Of a stretch of 64,000 nucleotides of DNA, positions 11,066-20,656 are shown one piece after another. The notes under the pieces were generated by a model that searched no databases, was not told the origin of the DNA, and saw only the letters and a list, made by a program, of their open reading frames with translations. The DNA is taken from the IMG/VR virus record IMGVR_UViG_2811995017_000005, positions 3,317-67,316 of that record; one strand, 5' to 3'. Numbering within the stretch: the stretch's first letter is position 1; each line of letters starts with the position of its first letter. Both the position numbers and the translations under genes were made by a program. The DNA is from a virus. Lineage: Duplodnaviria > Caudoviricetes.

Positions 11066-11875
11066 CTAAAGGTATTTCGGATCGATTTCATACGTCAGAT
11101 ACCCGGTGCAATTAATGTGCATCATGTATATTTCGGAATCGGTCGGTTTGTATAGGCCTGGTCCCATTCCGTAACGGTCTTCGAGTTCTAGCTGTGTACA
11201 TCGGTGGTCCGGGCGGTTTGCCTTTCCGCGATGAACCCGAACCGCCTTAACGACTTGGCTTTGTTGCGCAGAATAGGCCGTAGCGACACGATGCGCCGTA
11301 TTCCCTTCCGTCACAACTAAACGCCGTATCTTCCACGCATCATTGTCGTAGACTTTTCGCACGTTGGCGCTGATCGTATTAACCGAATCTCCCCGGATAA
11401 TTCCGGACCGAATTACCTTCGTAAGCTCGGCACGCTGATCGCCGGCAAAGTTCCAAACACGATCGGACAAAACGAGATCATCGGCTCCTAGACGATTAAC
11501 CATGTACCGTAGTACGTTTTTGTTGATCTTATCGAAAGCAACACCGGAGATCGCCGCGGCACCCACAACGTCCGATAGTGATTTCTTGATCCCGTCGTTA
11601 GTAAATGATGCCGTCTCCGAGATGACTTGGCTTAACGCATCCATGCCGGTATCCCGTACGAGTTTTTCTATCGACTCAAGCTCGCGAAGTAGTTTGTTCA
11701 AGCGCTGCTTCTTAATAGTTCCATCGCTGCCGCTGTACTCCGAGAGCATGTCGATAATTTCTAATCGAATCCGGCCGATCTCCTTAATCGCAAACTCCTG
11801 TTGCTCTGCGTTAAACTTCCGATATTCCATCGATACCTTTTTAAGCTGCCGTTCTAGTTCCGCCTGCTTACTCAT
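11066..11875 (-). CDS. Minor capsid / head morphogenesis (MuF/gp7-like) protein
   Basis: LSDRVW, RRLVVTE, C-terminal HINC motif. Confidence 0.7.
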   Translation of the reverse strand: MSKQAELERQLKKVSMEYRKFNAEQQEFAIKEIGRIRLEIIDMLSEYSGSDGTIKKQRLNKLLRELESIEKLVRDTGMDALSQVISETASFTNDGIKKSLSDVVGAAAISGVAFDKINKNVLRYMVNRLGADDLVLSDRVWNFAGDQRAELTKVIRSGIIRGDSVNTISANVRKVYDNDAWKIRRLVVTEGNTAHRVATAYSAQQSQVVKAVRVHRGKANRPDHRCTQLELEDRYGMGPGLYKPTDSEIYMMHINCTGYLTYEIDPKYL

Positions 11876-12210
11876 CGCCCGTCCGCCCTTGGCGCGAAGC
11901 TTTGATTCGTCAGTAATCGGAGTTGCTTACGGAAATCTTTCTTCGCGTCTTTCGCAAGCTGCGAGTAATTCGCAAAGATATTCGTCTTGTCGATCGTTTC
12001 CTCACCATCTCCGAAACTAAAAAACCGAGCTGCTTCCGACGCAATCGTTTCATAGGCGATTCCGAGTGCGCAAAACAACACGGCATTTTCATGTTCTTCC
12101 GGATTTAGGCCGCTTTCTTTAACAGCTTCGGCAGTCCATGCGGCGATGTCATCCGCTGTGACGCCCGGCACTCGTGATAAACGCGTTCTTAGTCGATCTT
12201 CAACCGCCAC
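11872..12210 (-). CDS. Head-tail connector protein
   Basis: SD GGAGGTG + GTG 12210; helical, follows capsid genes. Confidence 0.55.
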   Translation of the reverse strand: MAVEDRLRTRLSRVPGVTADDIAAWTAEAVKESGLNPEEHENAVLFCALGIAYETIASEAARFFSFGDGEETIDKTNIFANYSQLAKDAKKDFRKQLRLLTNQSFAPRADGR

Positions 12211-12224
12211 ATGAATCACCTCCG

Positions 12225-12416
12225 TTATTTTTTCGGTTTAGCCGCTGTTTTCGGCTTTGCTGCCGGTTTATCCACGCGTTGAATGAACGGATCGTATTTA
12301 TCGAGCGCTGCGATTTCCTTTTCAACGTTCGTTTTATAAACGCCGTATCCGTTAAAGACGATGTATAGACCATCTCTGATAAATTCGTAGTTTGGCAACG
12401 TCTTATATTCCGCCAT
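12225..12416 (-). CDS. Small virion-module hypothetical protein
   Basis: Coupled to upstream gene; Lys/Ala-rich tail. Confidence 0.6.
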   Translation of the reverse strand: MAEYKTLPNYEFIRDGLYIVFNGYGVYKTNVEKEIAALDKYDPFIQRVDKPAAKPKTAAKPKK

Positions 12417-12835
12417 TAAGACATCAATCCTGCCGTTTTGAGTTTCGCAAGCAATGCGTTAAAATCGGCCTTCAAACCGTCGACGTCTGCTGCGGTGCTG
12501 TTCGCTTGCGTAGCCGCTTTTGTTGCGGTTAGTTTCCCGTCCAAAGCCGATTTAACATCGTCGCCTAGTTTCGTCATAGTCACCGATTTAGCGCCGAGAT
12601 TGTTTTCTTGAACGCTTCCGGTTCCGATGTTCCGGTTTTGTACGGAGCCATCGCCGATATTACGGTTAAGGACTGAATTGTCCGCTAGTTTTTCGGTTGT
12701 GATAGAACCGTCTGGAATTTCGACAGGACCTCCGGATGCCTCGAGCAAACTTTGGATAATTTCTCCGAGTTTCAGGTCGTTTGCAGCCGGTGAAATAAGG
12801 TTCAATCGTTGTACGTCTTCATTACTTAAAGCCAT
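12416..12835 (-). CDS. Head fiber/decoration protein
   Basis: 10-aa repeats (GSITTEKLAD/GSVQNRNIG) and C-term DFNALLAKLKTAGLM. Confidence 0.7.
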   Translation of the reverse strand: MALSNEDVQRLNLISPAANDLKLGEIIQSLLEASGGPVEIPDGSITTEKLADNSVLNRNIGDGSVQNRNIGTGSVQENNLGAKSVTMTKLGDDVKSALDGKLTATKAATQANSTAADVDGLKADFNALLAKLKTAGLMS

Positions 12836-12857
12836 TTACGGCCTCACCCCTTTCAAA

Positions 12858-12884
12858 ATAAAAAGGGCCTTGAAAGGCCCCGTT
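12858..12884 (-). terminator. Intrinsic terminator after major capsid gene
   Basis: GGGCCTT-TC-AAGGCCC followed by T tract on minus strand. Confidence 0.65.
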
Positions 12885-12886
12885 AA

Positions 12887-14011
12887 TTAGGAAACAGTTT
12901 TAGAAATTCCGGAAAGGATTGCTACTGATTCTTTCGCGTTTTTAATTTCGAAACCAAGTTCGCCTCGGATTACGCGTGCGAAGTAGTCAGCGCCCGGTTC
13001 TGTAGCATCTTGGTCGTAAATAGAAGTCAGGTAACGTGCTTTGATATTATCGAGATCAAGCAATACTGCGCGATCTTTAGGCATGTTCTGATCGACAACG
13101 ACCTGAGAAACTGCACCGCCCGGAAGATCACTCATGAAGGACATGATCTGATAGCCGACTTGGCCCTCTCCGCGAGTTGTACGGATAGTATCGCCCGCAA
13201 GTTTAGTGATCTGGCGAGAAACGTTCGGCGCACAAAGAACTGTGTTCACACGTCCGCCGCGTTTGAAAGTTTCTTCGATAGCATCGTTCAAGCCTTTTGC
13301 TGTGATTTCCTTACCTCCGAAATCTTTTGAAGCAGATCCCTGTTCTTGAGCGAACGCAAATAAGCCACCGGAAGTACGAGGTTGCAGATCAGACCCTTGG
13401 TATTTACGGCCGTAAATTAGAGAGTTGTTAATTTCGCGAACCATCTCTTGCAAACGCAAGTTAACCTGGTAGTCAAGCTCGTCAGCAACTCCGTAAGTGT
13501 TTACTTGTTGTTGCGTACGAGAAACGGAAGCGTAACGAGTGAAAATCTGAGAGTAGTTGAACGATGCAATACGGTCATTGATTTCGTTCTTTCTAAGCAC
13601 GGACTCACCTTCTGGACGAGGACGAGAAATAACCTTCAGCTCTCCGTTTGCTTCGATGGCTTCTGGAGTAGTCGCGTCATATCCACGTTGGACCGTAATT
13701 TTGTCGGCAGCTTCGTCGACTTTTGTTACGCGCAATACTTCAAGACCGTTTTGCACAAGTGCATTCTCCGTAAATTTGCGAGCGTCGCCTGCGTCCAACT
13801 GGATTTCGGTTGCATCGGCCGCTACGGCAGCTTTAGCGATTGCTGTGTCGCTGTTCAAGTAATCGTTTTGCCATTCGAACTTTGTTTGCGTTAGGGCTTC
13901 ACCTGTTCCGATCAAACCGAAAAGAACCGGTGCCTTTGTAAGAATTAAATCTACGTTCGCCTGCATGTCGCGAACTTGTTGCTGGAAATCATACGATTGT
14001 GCAACTGCCAT
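12887..14011 (-). CDS. Major capsid protein (DUF5309/SU10-like)
   Basis: 374 aa after scaffold; KFEWQND, NYSQIF, GELGFEIKN motifs. Confidence 0.85.
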   Translation of the reverse strand: MAVAQSYDFQQQVRDMQANVDLILTKAPVLFGLIGTGEALTQTKFEWQNDYLNSDTAIAKAAVAADATEIQLDAGDARKFTENALVQNGLEVLRVTKVDEAADKITVQRGYDATTPEAIEANGELKVISRPRPEGESVLRKNEINDRIASFNYSQIFTRYASVSRTQQQVNTYGVADELDYQVNLRLQEMVREINNSLIYGRKYQGSDLQPRTSGGLFAFAQEQGSASKDFGGKEITAKGLNDAIEETFKRGGRVNTVLCAPNVSRQITKLAGDTIRTTRGEGQVGYQIMSFMSDLPGGAVSQVVVDQNMPKDRAVLLDLDNIKARYLTSIYDQDATEPGADYFARVIRGELGFEIKNAKESVAILSGISKTVS

Positions 14012-14068
14012 GTGTAAATCCCCCTAATAATTTTTTGTAATTAAAAAAGCCGCCATAGGGCGACTGAA

Positions 14069-14794
14069 TTACCGTTTGTTTTTTAGCTCTCGAAGTTCGT
14101 TGTAGAGCTTTGTGACTTTTCCGAGATAACGCGGATTTTTAAGCGCTAATTTTTTCGTTTCGTCCAATTCTTTCTCTTTCGCGACAATCTCCGTTTGGGT
14201 GTTGCTCTTGGCCGGGTTGCTTCCGCCAGATGCGTCGGCCCCGATCGGCTGTTTAAACATCCACGGACTGGATTCTTTAAACGCAGCGACCGCTTCTTCG
14301 GCTCCTTTTACGTTTCCATCTTCGTCAATTTCGACCGCAGACTTATCTAGTAGTGCTAGGACTTGGTTCGGATCATTTGCGTTTAGAGATCGAGCGATTG
14401 CGCGAAGTTCCGTATTGATGATTCGTTGATTGGCTGATTCTTGCGCTTTTTTGGCCGCTTCTGCTGCTTCTTCCGCCTTCTTAGCCGCTTCTTCTTTTTC
14501 GGCTCGCAGACGTTCAGCTTCGGACATTTCCGCTTTTTTGCGTTCCTCTTCGGCCTTTTCTAACTCTTCGAGACGTTTCGCTTTTTCTTCGAGTTCGGCT
14601 TGCTTCTTTTTCTCGCGCTCAAGACGCTTGTTAAGAATTTCGTCGAGTTCAGCCTGTGTGAACGTCTTTTCCGGTGTCTTCGGTTGCTCTGTCGGTTTTG
14701 GTTCCGGCTCCCCAGCCGTAGGTTGAGCGTCTTTATTTTCCGGTTCTGTTTGTTCCGCAAAAAACTGTAGGTTTAAAGGTAAAAATTTCAGCAT
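14069..14794 (-). CDS. Capsid scaffolding protein
   Basis: LNLQFFAE N-term, KTFTQAELDEI, E/K coiled coil. Confidence 0.85.
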   Translation of the reverse strand: MLKFLPLNLQFFAEQTEPENKDAQPTAGEPEPKPTEQPKTPEKTFTQAELDEILNKRLEREKKKQAELEEKAKRLEELEKAEEERKKAEMSEAERLRAEKEEAAKKAEEAAEAAKKAQESANQRIINTELRAIARSLNANDPNQVLALLDKSAVEIDEDGNVKGAEEAVAAFKESSPWMFKQPIGADASGGSNPAKSNTQTEIVAKEKELDETKKLALKNPRYLGKVTKLYNELRELKNKR

Positions 14795-14887
14795 ATCGTA
14801 CCTCCACGTTTAAAGTCCGAGTAGACTGTAGATTACGAATAACAACAACCGGCAGTTTACCGACAATACCGTAGGTCAAGAGCGTTG

Positions 14888-16429
14888 TTATTCGTTCGAT
14901 GTTGGTTCTGGTTCAGCTTTGTAAGGGTCTCCTACCTGTTTTTTCAGGTTTCTTTCTTGTAAAATCTCCATGAATTTAACTTCCGCATTCTCTTTTCCGC
15001 TTCGAGTGATCGCTCCTTTAACCGATTCCAACTCGTAGGCAATTTCTTCGCCTAGCTGCTCGACAAGGGCTTTTTGATCCTCCGGTAATGGAAGTCCAAA
15101 CACGATCTTACTTCCGTAATTGCTATCAACTTTCGCAAGCCATTCCTTCTCATATTTAAAGCGTGGATGTTCTTGGCGGGCTTTCATATAACGCAGAATG
15201 TATTCGTTCAACGTCTGTAGCCGCGACTGCCAAACGATCCATGCTCGCTGAGTTTTAGAAATGATCGATGAGTAAAGCATCTTCAATGCGAGGTCATTTA
15301 TGCCTCCGGTATTAAGATCTGCGGTATTAACCATTGGAACCTCGCTTATCTCGTGAAGGCGCTTCTGTAGACGGTCGAGATACGCCTCGATCGCCTCTTT
15401 AAATTTAAAGCCGCTTTCGAGTTTCTTTGCGTCAGGCTCTCCGATTTCTTTATTCGTTTCGCCAAGGTCCCAAATGGCTCCCGGCGCAATTTTAAACGGA
15501 TTTTTCGGATCGTACTCGACGTTTGTTAGTAGAGTGATCGCGAACATTTCAAACCGCAATGCGTCCGAGTAGTCGGATAGCTTCCGGTCAATCTCGTCGG
15601 CCGTTTCGATAAGCTTTTCAAGTTCGCTGAAGCCGCTTGTCTGCCCCGAAAGTTTATCCGTTGGAACGTGGACAACCGGGATAAAATCGAGCCCCATCGA
15701 TTCTCTTTCGACCCGCTTCTCGACAAGAGTAAGTCCGTCGTCGTATATCGCTTCTTCGATTTCACAATCGTAGTTTCCGGTATCCTCATCGCCTTTCCAG
15801 ACGAGATAATACGAAAGTTTCCAAAGCTTCGTCTGTTCTTCGTCCAGCCACGCAACGAAATGAACTTCGTCAAGTTGGTCGACATCCCATTCGTTATGAA
15901 CTGCGATAACCTCAGTCGAGGGATGCCAAAGGATTTTAATTTCGCCGCGCCGGGTATCGTAGTGCAGACGAGCATAAACGCCGGTTCGGCTGATTGCGCG
16001 ATCCTTTGCTGCTGCGAGTAGCTTCTCGTGCATCCGGTTTTCTTCCCATACCCACGTCAGCAAGCGTTCTTTCGCCTTTGCCCGGCTGTTTTCTTCCTCT
16101 TGTAGTGGACTTGGCGTGTATCCCGGCTTAATCATGTCCGCAGGATCGTCGAGAACGTCCGGAGGAACGGTCACTTTCGGTTCCTTTTCGAATTGCCAGG
16201 CCGCTGTAGAATCGATAAGCTTCCGCGGATAGTTCATCGTAAGCTGTGTCGGTTCATAATCGATTTCTTTCGGCTTAACGTAGTCAGTCCAAACGTTGAG
16301 ATCGCCTTCGTAGCGTCGGTAAAGCTTGATTTCGTCAACAATGCGCTGAAATTCTTTCGATCCAAGCGCTTCTTCCATTGGAAGGACGAATTGAAACGGG
16401 TTTATAAAATTTCGGTCAATGACTACGAT
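14888..16429 (-). CDS. Portal protein (SPP1 gp6-like), probable ATC start
   Basis: Follows terL; SD AAAGGAGG-8nt-ATC at 16429 with in-frame TAA immediately before. Confidence 0.85.
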   Translation of the reverse strand: MVVIDRNFINPFQFVLPMEEALGSKEFQRIVDEIKLYRRYEGDLNVWTDYVKPKEIDYEPTQLTMNYPRKLIDSTAAWQFEKEPKVTVPPDVLDDPADMIKPGYTPSPLQEEENSRAKAKERLLTWVWEENRMHEKLLAAAKDRAISRTGVYARLHYDTRRGEIKILWHPSTEVIAVHNEWDVDQLDEVHFVAWLDEEQTKLWKLSYYLVWKGDEDTGNYDCEIEEAIYDDGLTLVEKRVERESMGLDFIPVVHVPTDKLSGQTSGFSELEKLIETADEIDRKLSDYSDALRFEMFAITLLTNVEYDPKNPFKIAPGAIWDLGETNKEIGEPDAKKLESGFKFKEAIEAYLDRLQKRLHEISEVPMVNTADLNTGGINDLALKMLYSSIISKTQRAWIVWQSRLQTLNEYILRYMKARQEHPRFKYEKEWLAKVDSNYGSKIVFGLPLPEDQKALVEQLGEEIAYELESVKGAITRSGKENAEVKFMEILQERNLKKQVGDPYKAEPEPTSNE

Positions 16430-16444
16430 TTAAAACGCCTCCTT

Positions 16445-18196
16445 TCAGTAACGGTAGTTTCCAATGTTGCCGCCTTTTCTTCTACGCGACTTCACAACGG
16501 CCGAAACCACCATCTCTAACGCATCGATAACGTCATCGTGGGCGCCCGTGCCGTACTGCTCGAATTGTTCAAGCAAAAGCGCGTGCTTCCGATCGAATTG
16601 GATTGTTCCGTTTTCGATCGAAGGTAATAGCGCCTCGATACGGAGCTCTTTTCGACTGCGGTGTTTTACTTTCTTGACGCGAGTGTCTGCCGGATAGCCT
16701 GCGTGTGTAAGCTGTTTTTTCAGCTCATCGACGAAAAATTCTTGCGCCGCCTGAGCTTCTGCCGCAATTATGGTCGGCTGAAACTTGACGACCTTCTCGA
16801 CGATGACTTTCAAGAATTCGTCCGGCTTTAATCGTTGGCCGAACGTGTCTATAACATAAATAGAGCCGCTAACCTTATCGGCAGCGACGATCGCAATTGC
16901 GGAATAGTCTCCGCGTTCTTTTCCCATCGCAAAGTCTACGGCGAGAGAAACGTCATACTTCATATAGTCGATATTTCCATTGTGATACGTGAATTTTTCC
17001 GGGTTAAAGATCATCGATTCCTCGTCGATCGGGTTGTTCATGTACTCCGTATTGAACGCTTTGGAGCCGTTATCCCATTTCCAGCGCATCAACTTAAACA
17101 ACGGCTGAACGTCCGGCCACAAAACTTTGCTTCCTCGTAAGAGTTCGTCCTCGTTTTCCTTGTAAAACCGCTCTGCATCCGCAAGTCGATTCGGATTATC
17201 GCGATCGATATAGATCAGACGACACTTTTCCCAAAGATCAAGGCGTTCCGGCTGCTTTATAATCGCACGATAGACTTTTGTCACGAAATCGGACCTCTTA
17301 TAAAGAACGTGCATCAACAACGAATCCATATGGACGGTCGTTCCCATGTAAACGAAGGCTGTCCGCTTTCCTTTCGGATCTCCTAACGGCATTACAGTCT
17401 GCGAAAACCAGTCGCGAAGGTTCGACCGCTGTTCCGGCGTACTTGCGTTTCCGCCCGGCCGCGGATCCTCTAAGTCGTCGCAAATAATGAGATCCGGCCG
17501 CGTTCCGTTCCAGTTACGACCACGAAGCGCCTGACCGGTCGAAGCCGCCTGAACGAGCGCTAACTGTTTCCGGCTATCTCCATCCGGATGCCACGCGATA
17601 AATGATTCGGAGTTATCGATGATGTTCGCTTGGTCTTGCGGCGACAATAATGGCCCAAAGTCTTCGCGCAGCTTCTTGTTGAACTTAAGCTGATTCCGAA
17701 TCCATTCCATATTGGCTTTTGAAACCGACGGCGTCTCCGAAATAATGATCGTGTATTTCCGTTTTCGATAAACGATCTCGTGAACCGGAAAGGCTTTCGA
17801 AAGATACGTCGACTTGGCGTGCGAACGTGGCGCCGCTGCTGCTATCTTTTCGTTAACTATTTCGGTAGATACTACGTTCATAATGTCGCAGATCTCTACG
17901 TGGAAGGCCGGCGCCTCGCTTACATCCGTAACATCGAAGCCGTCCCAATTGCCGTCATTGTCCGGGTTGCGTGCGTCCGAGAAGTATTCGATAGAAAATT
18001 CGAGCAAGTTCCCCTCGCAACGATGAATCCGTTTAAGCCGCTCAAGTTCGGTCGCTTTTTCGTAATAGTCGGCGATCTCTGACGCAGGAATGTCATCGCC
18101 GTAAGTTTCGTCGAGCGCGTCCAAGTATTCGGTTAATACGTTGATGAGTTCTTCTCGTTCATCCCGCTTCAGCCAACGACCATCAACCCATGCGAT
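16445..18196 (-). CDS. terL: Terminase large subunit, probable ATC start
   Basis: PRSHAKST Walker A, LIICDD Walker B, HDDVIDAL nuclease; SD AAAGGAGG-8nt-ATC at 18196. Confidence 0.92.
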   Translation of the reverse strand: MAWVDGRWLKRDEREELINVLTEYLDALDETYGDDIPASEIADYYEKATELERLKRIHRCEGNLLEFSIEYFSDARNPDNDGNWDGFDVTDVSEAPAFHVEICDIMNVVSTEIVNEKIAAAAPRSHAKSTYLSKAFPVHEIVYRKRKYTIIISETPSVSKANMEWIRNQLKFNKKLREDFGPLLSPQDQANIIDNSESFIAWHPDGDSRKQLALVQAASTGQALRGRNWNGTRPDLIICDDLEDPRPGGNASTPEQRSNLRDWFSQTVMPLGDPKGKRTAFVYMGTTVHMDSLLMHVLYKRSDFVTKVYRAIIKQPERLDLWEKCRLIYIDRDNPNRLADAERFYKENEDELLRGSKVLWPDVQPLFKLMRWKWDNGSKAFNTEYMNNPIDEESMIFNPEKFTYHNGNIDYMKYDVSLAVDFAMGKERGDYSAIAIVAADKVSGSIYVIDTFGQRLKPDEFLKVIVEKVVKFQPTIIAAEAQAAQEFFVDELKKQLTHAGYPADTRVKKVKHRSRKELRIEALLPSIENGTIQFDRKHALLLEQFEQYGTGAHDDVIDALEMVVSAVVKSRRRKGGNIGNYRY

Positions 18197-18224
18197 AAAG
18201 ATCGCCTCCTTTCATTTTTCGTAT

Positions 18225-18282
18225 TGACTTTCGTTATCTTTTCCGTTAATATAAGTGTAACAAAATCATTTTTATGTTACGG
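18225..18282 (+). promoter_or_regulatory. sigma-A promoter plus dif-like 11-6-11 site upstream of small recombinase
   Basis: TTGACT-17-TAATAT; GTGTAACAAAA-TCATTT-TTATGTTACGG at 18255-18282. Confidence 0.65.
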
Positions 18283-18294
18283 AGAGTGAACGAA

Positions 18295-18843
18295 ATGGCA
18301 AACGAAGTTTTTCCGATTAAATCAAAACGCGATTACAACAAGTTTATTAAAGCACTGAAGCCGGGCCGTGATCGGGACTTAGGGCAGCTAGGAACTGCGT
18401 TCGGCCTGCGTATCAGCGACTTGTTAAAGTTTAAAATCGGAGAGCTTCGTGGCCATAAGTCGATCACGATTTGGGAGAAGAAACGGAAGAAAAAACGTGT
18501 GATTACGTTTAGCCCTTCCGTTCTTAAGATCGTTTCCCAACTCGAAGGCGATGACGACGATTACGTATTCGCCAGTCGGCAAGGTGGCGGCAAGCCGATC
18601 ACACGCGTTCAGGCATATCGTATCTTAAACGACGCAGCCAAACGGGCCGGCATTTACGAAAAGATCGGCGGCATCGGCACGCACTCGCTTCGTAAGACGT
18701 TTGGTTACCGCCTATATGAAAACGGCGTTGATATAACGCGCATTATGTCGATACTCAACCACTCAAGCGAGCGTGAGACGTTGAGATATATCGGGATTAC
18801 TGCCGACGAAATATCGGAAGCTTACGAAAGCATCGAGGTTTAA
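18295..18843 (+). CDS. Small catalytic-domain tyrosine recombinase
   Basis: GLRISD, HSLRKTFG, LNHSS...TLRYIG; 182 aa, no arm-binding domain. Confidence 0.9.
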   Translation: MANEVFPIKSKRDYNKFIKALKPGRDRDLGQLGTAFGLRISDLLKFKIGELRGHKSITIWEKKRKKKRVITFSPSVLKIVSQLEGDDDDYVFASRQGGGKPITRVQAYRILNDAAKRAGIYEKIGGIGTHSLRKTFGYRLYENGVDITRIMSILNHSSERETLRYIGITADEISEAYESIEV

Positions 18844-18862
18844 GACTTCGGTGCTTTTTTGT

Positions 18863-19240
18863 TTACAGAAGCGAAACCCATTTCGTTTGCCTTGTAGGAT
18901 GATCGTTTCTGTATCCGAGATTATTGACGACTTCGCGTTCCCACTTCTTCTCCTGATCCGTTTTAAGTTCGCTATACGCAAGGATAACCGTCGTTGGCCG
19001 CGTTCCTTTAAACTGCCACCCGACTGCCGCTTGGCCTACTGCTAAAGCTCGGAAATGCATTCGATCATTGTCGATATCCTTAAATACGCTTTCGATAATA
19101 CGCGCCTGATCCGGTGTATCCACTATCATGACTACGAATTCTACTGCGTTCAAGACAGCGTTTAATTGGCTGCGCATCTCATCGAATTGCTTCTCGTAAT
19201 CGTCGCTGGCGGTAAGTTTAACGGTTAGCTTTTCTCCCAT
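18863..19240 (-). CDS. Hypothetical phage protein
   Basis: 125-aa ORF coupled to upstream gene. Confidence 0.6.
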   Translation of the reverse strand: MGEKLTVKLTASDDYEKQFDEMRSQLNAVLNAVEFVVMIVDTPDQARIIESVFKDIDNDRMHFRALAVGQAAVGWQFKGTRPTTVILAYSELKTDQEKKWEREVVNNLGYRNDHPTRQTKWVSLL

Positions 19241-19605
19241 CAGAGTTCGCCCTCATCGTTTTCCGCTTTCCAGGATTCTCTGATCTCTCCCCACACTAAG
19301 CGGTGTCTTTCGGTAGAGGTAAGAATTCCTAACGCATCTTTCAGCTTAAGCGTATCGACATCCGGACTTTCGAGAAATTTTTCAAGGACTCGTGCGGCTC
19401 CTTCAATGCTTAGGTTCTGCTGCTCCTCCCGCAATTCAGCCAACGCCTTAGTCGCCGCCTTTGCCTCGCGTTGAATCGCCTTCAGGCCGGTTATCGCGTC
19501 GGATACATCAACGTCGATCTTGACGCTGATTCTGTCCGCAGCATTGCCCGTTTCGTACATCTGATTCGATCCCATTTCGATTGATTCGCGTTTTGGTTCC
19601 GCCAT
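19240..19605 (-). CDS. Hypothetical phage protein
   Basis: SD AAAGGAG; ISVKIDVDVSDAITGLKAIQRE. Confidence 0.65.
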   Translation of the reverse strand: MAEPKRESIEMGSNQMYETGNAADRISVKIDVDVSDAITGLKAIQREAKAATKALAELREEQQNLSIEGAARVLEKFLESPDVDTLKLKDALGILTSTERHRLVWGEIRESWKAENDEGEL

Positions 19606-19809
19606 TCACATCGTCTCCTTTTCGTTTAGTTGATTTCGAGTATCAATTCGTATCTGATCGCGTCAATGACTTCTGCAATCTCGTCACGCACCAAATGTCC
19701 GGAAGTCTGCAATGCAATCAAACGATCTAAATACGCCAGTAATTCCTCTGTTCTCGTCATCTTCATCGTCTCCTTTTTCGTTATTTAAGACGGTTATTAC
19801 CGCCATTTA

Positions 19810-19881
19810 CAGGGGCGACAGGGATCGAACCTGCCCACGCGGTTTTGGAGACCGCATCGCCACCGAGGAACATACGCCCCT
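19810..19881 (-). tRNA. Phage tRNA-Trp(CCA), no encoded CCA end
   Basis: AGGGGCG/CGCCCCT acceptor, GCGGT-CTCCAAA-ACCGC anticodon arm, GGTTCGATCCC T-arm; D-stem weak (G-U rich). Confidence 0.85.
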
Positions 19882-19882
19882 A

Positions 19883-20032
19883 TTTGCCGCACCGACCGGC
19901 TTTGGTATTACGAGAAACGCCCGTATGTCGATTTAGATACAGGCGTTTCTAACTGATCCCTACGCTACCTGGCCGGTTAATGTACGTACGTCAACCGAAT
20001 GCCTTTACGGCTCTATTGCTAGACGCAAGCAC
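19883..20032 (-). ncRNA. Putative structured RNA upstream of tRNA-Trp
   Basis: Two GNRA-like hairpins then ~110-nt irregular rod (ACCGGC/GCCGGT, AGAAACGCC/GGCGTTTCT). Confidence 0.4.
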
Positions 20033-20088
20033 AAAAAGAGCGACCCTTATTCGGATCGCCCTCGTTCTGATTGCGTAAGAAATTCGTC

Positions 20089-20226
20089 TTAGTCCGGTAA
20101 TTTGACGTCAGCTAATTCCGCAAGCTTTCGAAAAGCTATGTTGTTAGTCAGCGGTCCCGCTTCGCACTCAAAACCGCACTCCTTAATTTGCTCAACGATT
20201 TCTTTTAGTGTTTTAAATTCAGGCAA
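20089..20226 (-). CDS. Small hypothetical protein
   Basis: SD AAAGGAG + TTG; followed by terminator 20033-20063. Confidence 0.55.
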   Translation of the reverse strand: MPEFKTLKEIVEQIKECGFECEAGPLTNNIAFRKLAELADVKLPD

Positions 20227-20303
20227 TTTTACCCTCTCCTTTTTTATCCTTTGCAGGTATTTTGATCTAATTTGTCGAAATACATACAAAAGGGGGTGAA
20301 TAT

Positions 20304-20510
20304 ATGAATTTGGTTCCGGTAAGATCTTCGAATTTAAGAGCAGTCGGGTATGATCCGTATTCTCAGGTTTTAAGAATTGTATTTCACAACGGGACTTATG
20401 ACTATTATGGGGTACCTAAGAGCATATATGACGGATTAATGTCAGCGTCTTCATTAGGGCAATATCACGACAGATTCATCAAAAATCGCTACAGATTTTC
20501 AAGAATTTAA
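20304..20510 (+). CDS. KTSC domain protein
   Basis: VRSSNLRAVGYD...LRIVFHNGTYDYYGVP...SLGQY, canonical KTSC pattern. Confidence 0.9.
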   Translation: MNLVPVRSSNLRAVGYDPYSQVLRIVFHNGTYDYYGVPKSIYDGLMSASSLGQYHDRFIKNRYRFSRI

Positions 20511-20544
20511 ATTTAACAGGCGCCGTTTGTTTGGCGCCTTCGTA

Positions 20545-20656
20545 TATGCGGGCGAGGATTTGCACCTCGCATGACAGCATTCGGCCACGTCTCCGATTTC
20601 AGATCGGGAAGTATCTGCCTTAAGCATTAAGCGTCTACCTGTTCCGCCACCGCATA
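20545..20656 (-). ncRNA. tRNA-Leu-like RNA with non-canonical T-loop and expanded core
   Basis: TATGCGG/CCGCATA stem, GGCGGAACAGGTAGACGC D-arm, GCGAGG-TGCAAAT-CCTCGC T-arm. Confidence 0.6.

Noticed and set aside
19910-19962. Hammerhead ribozyme (GAAAC...GTTTC..CTGAT)
   Set aside because: CTGATCC does not match the CUGANGA core and stems I/II are missing
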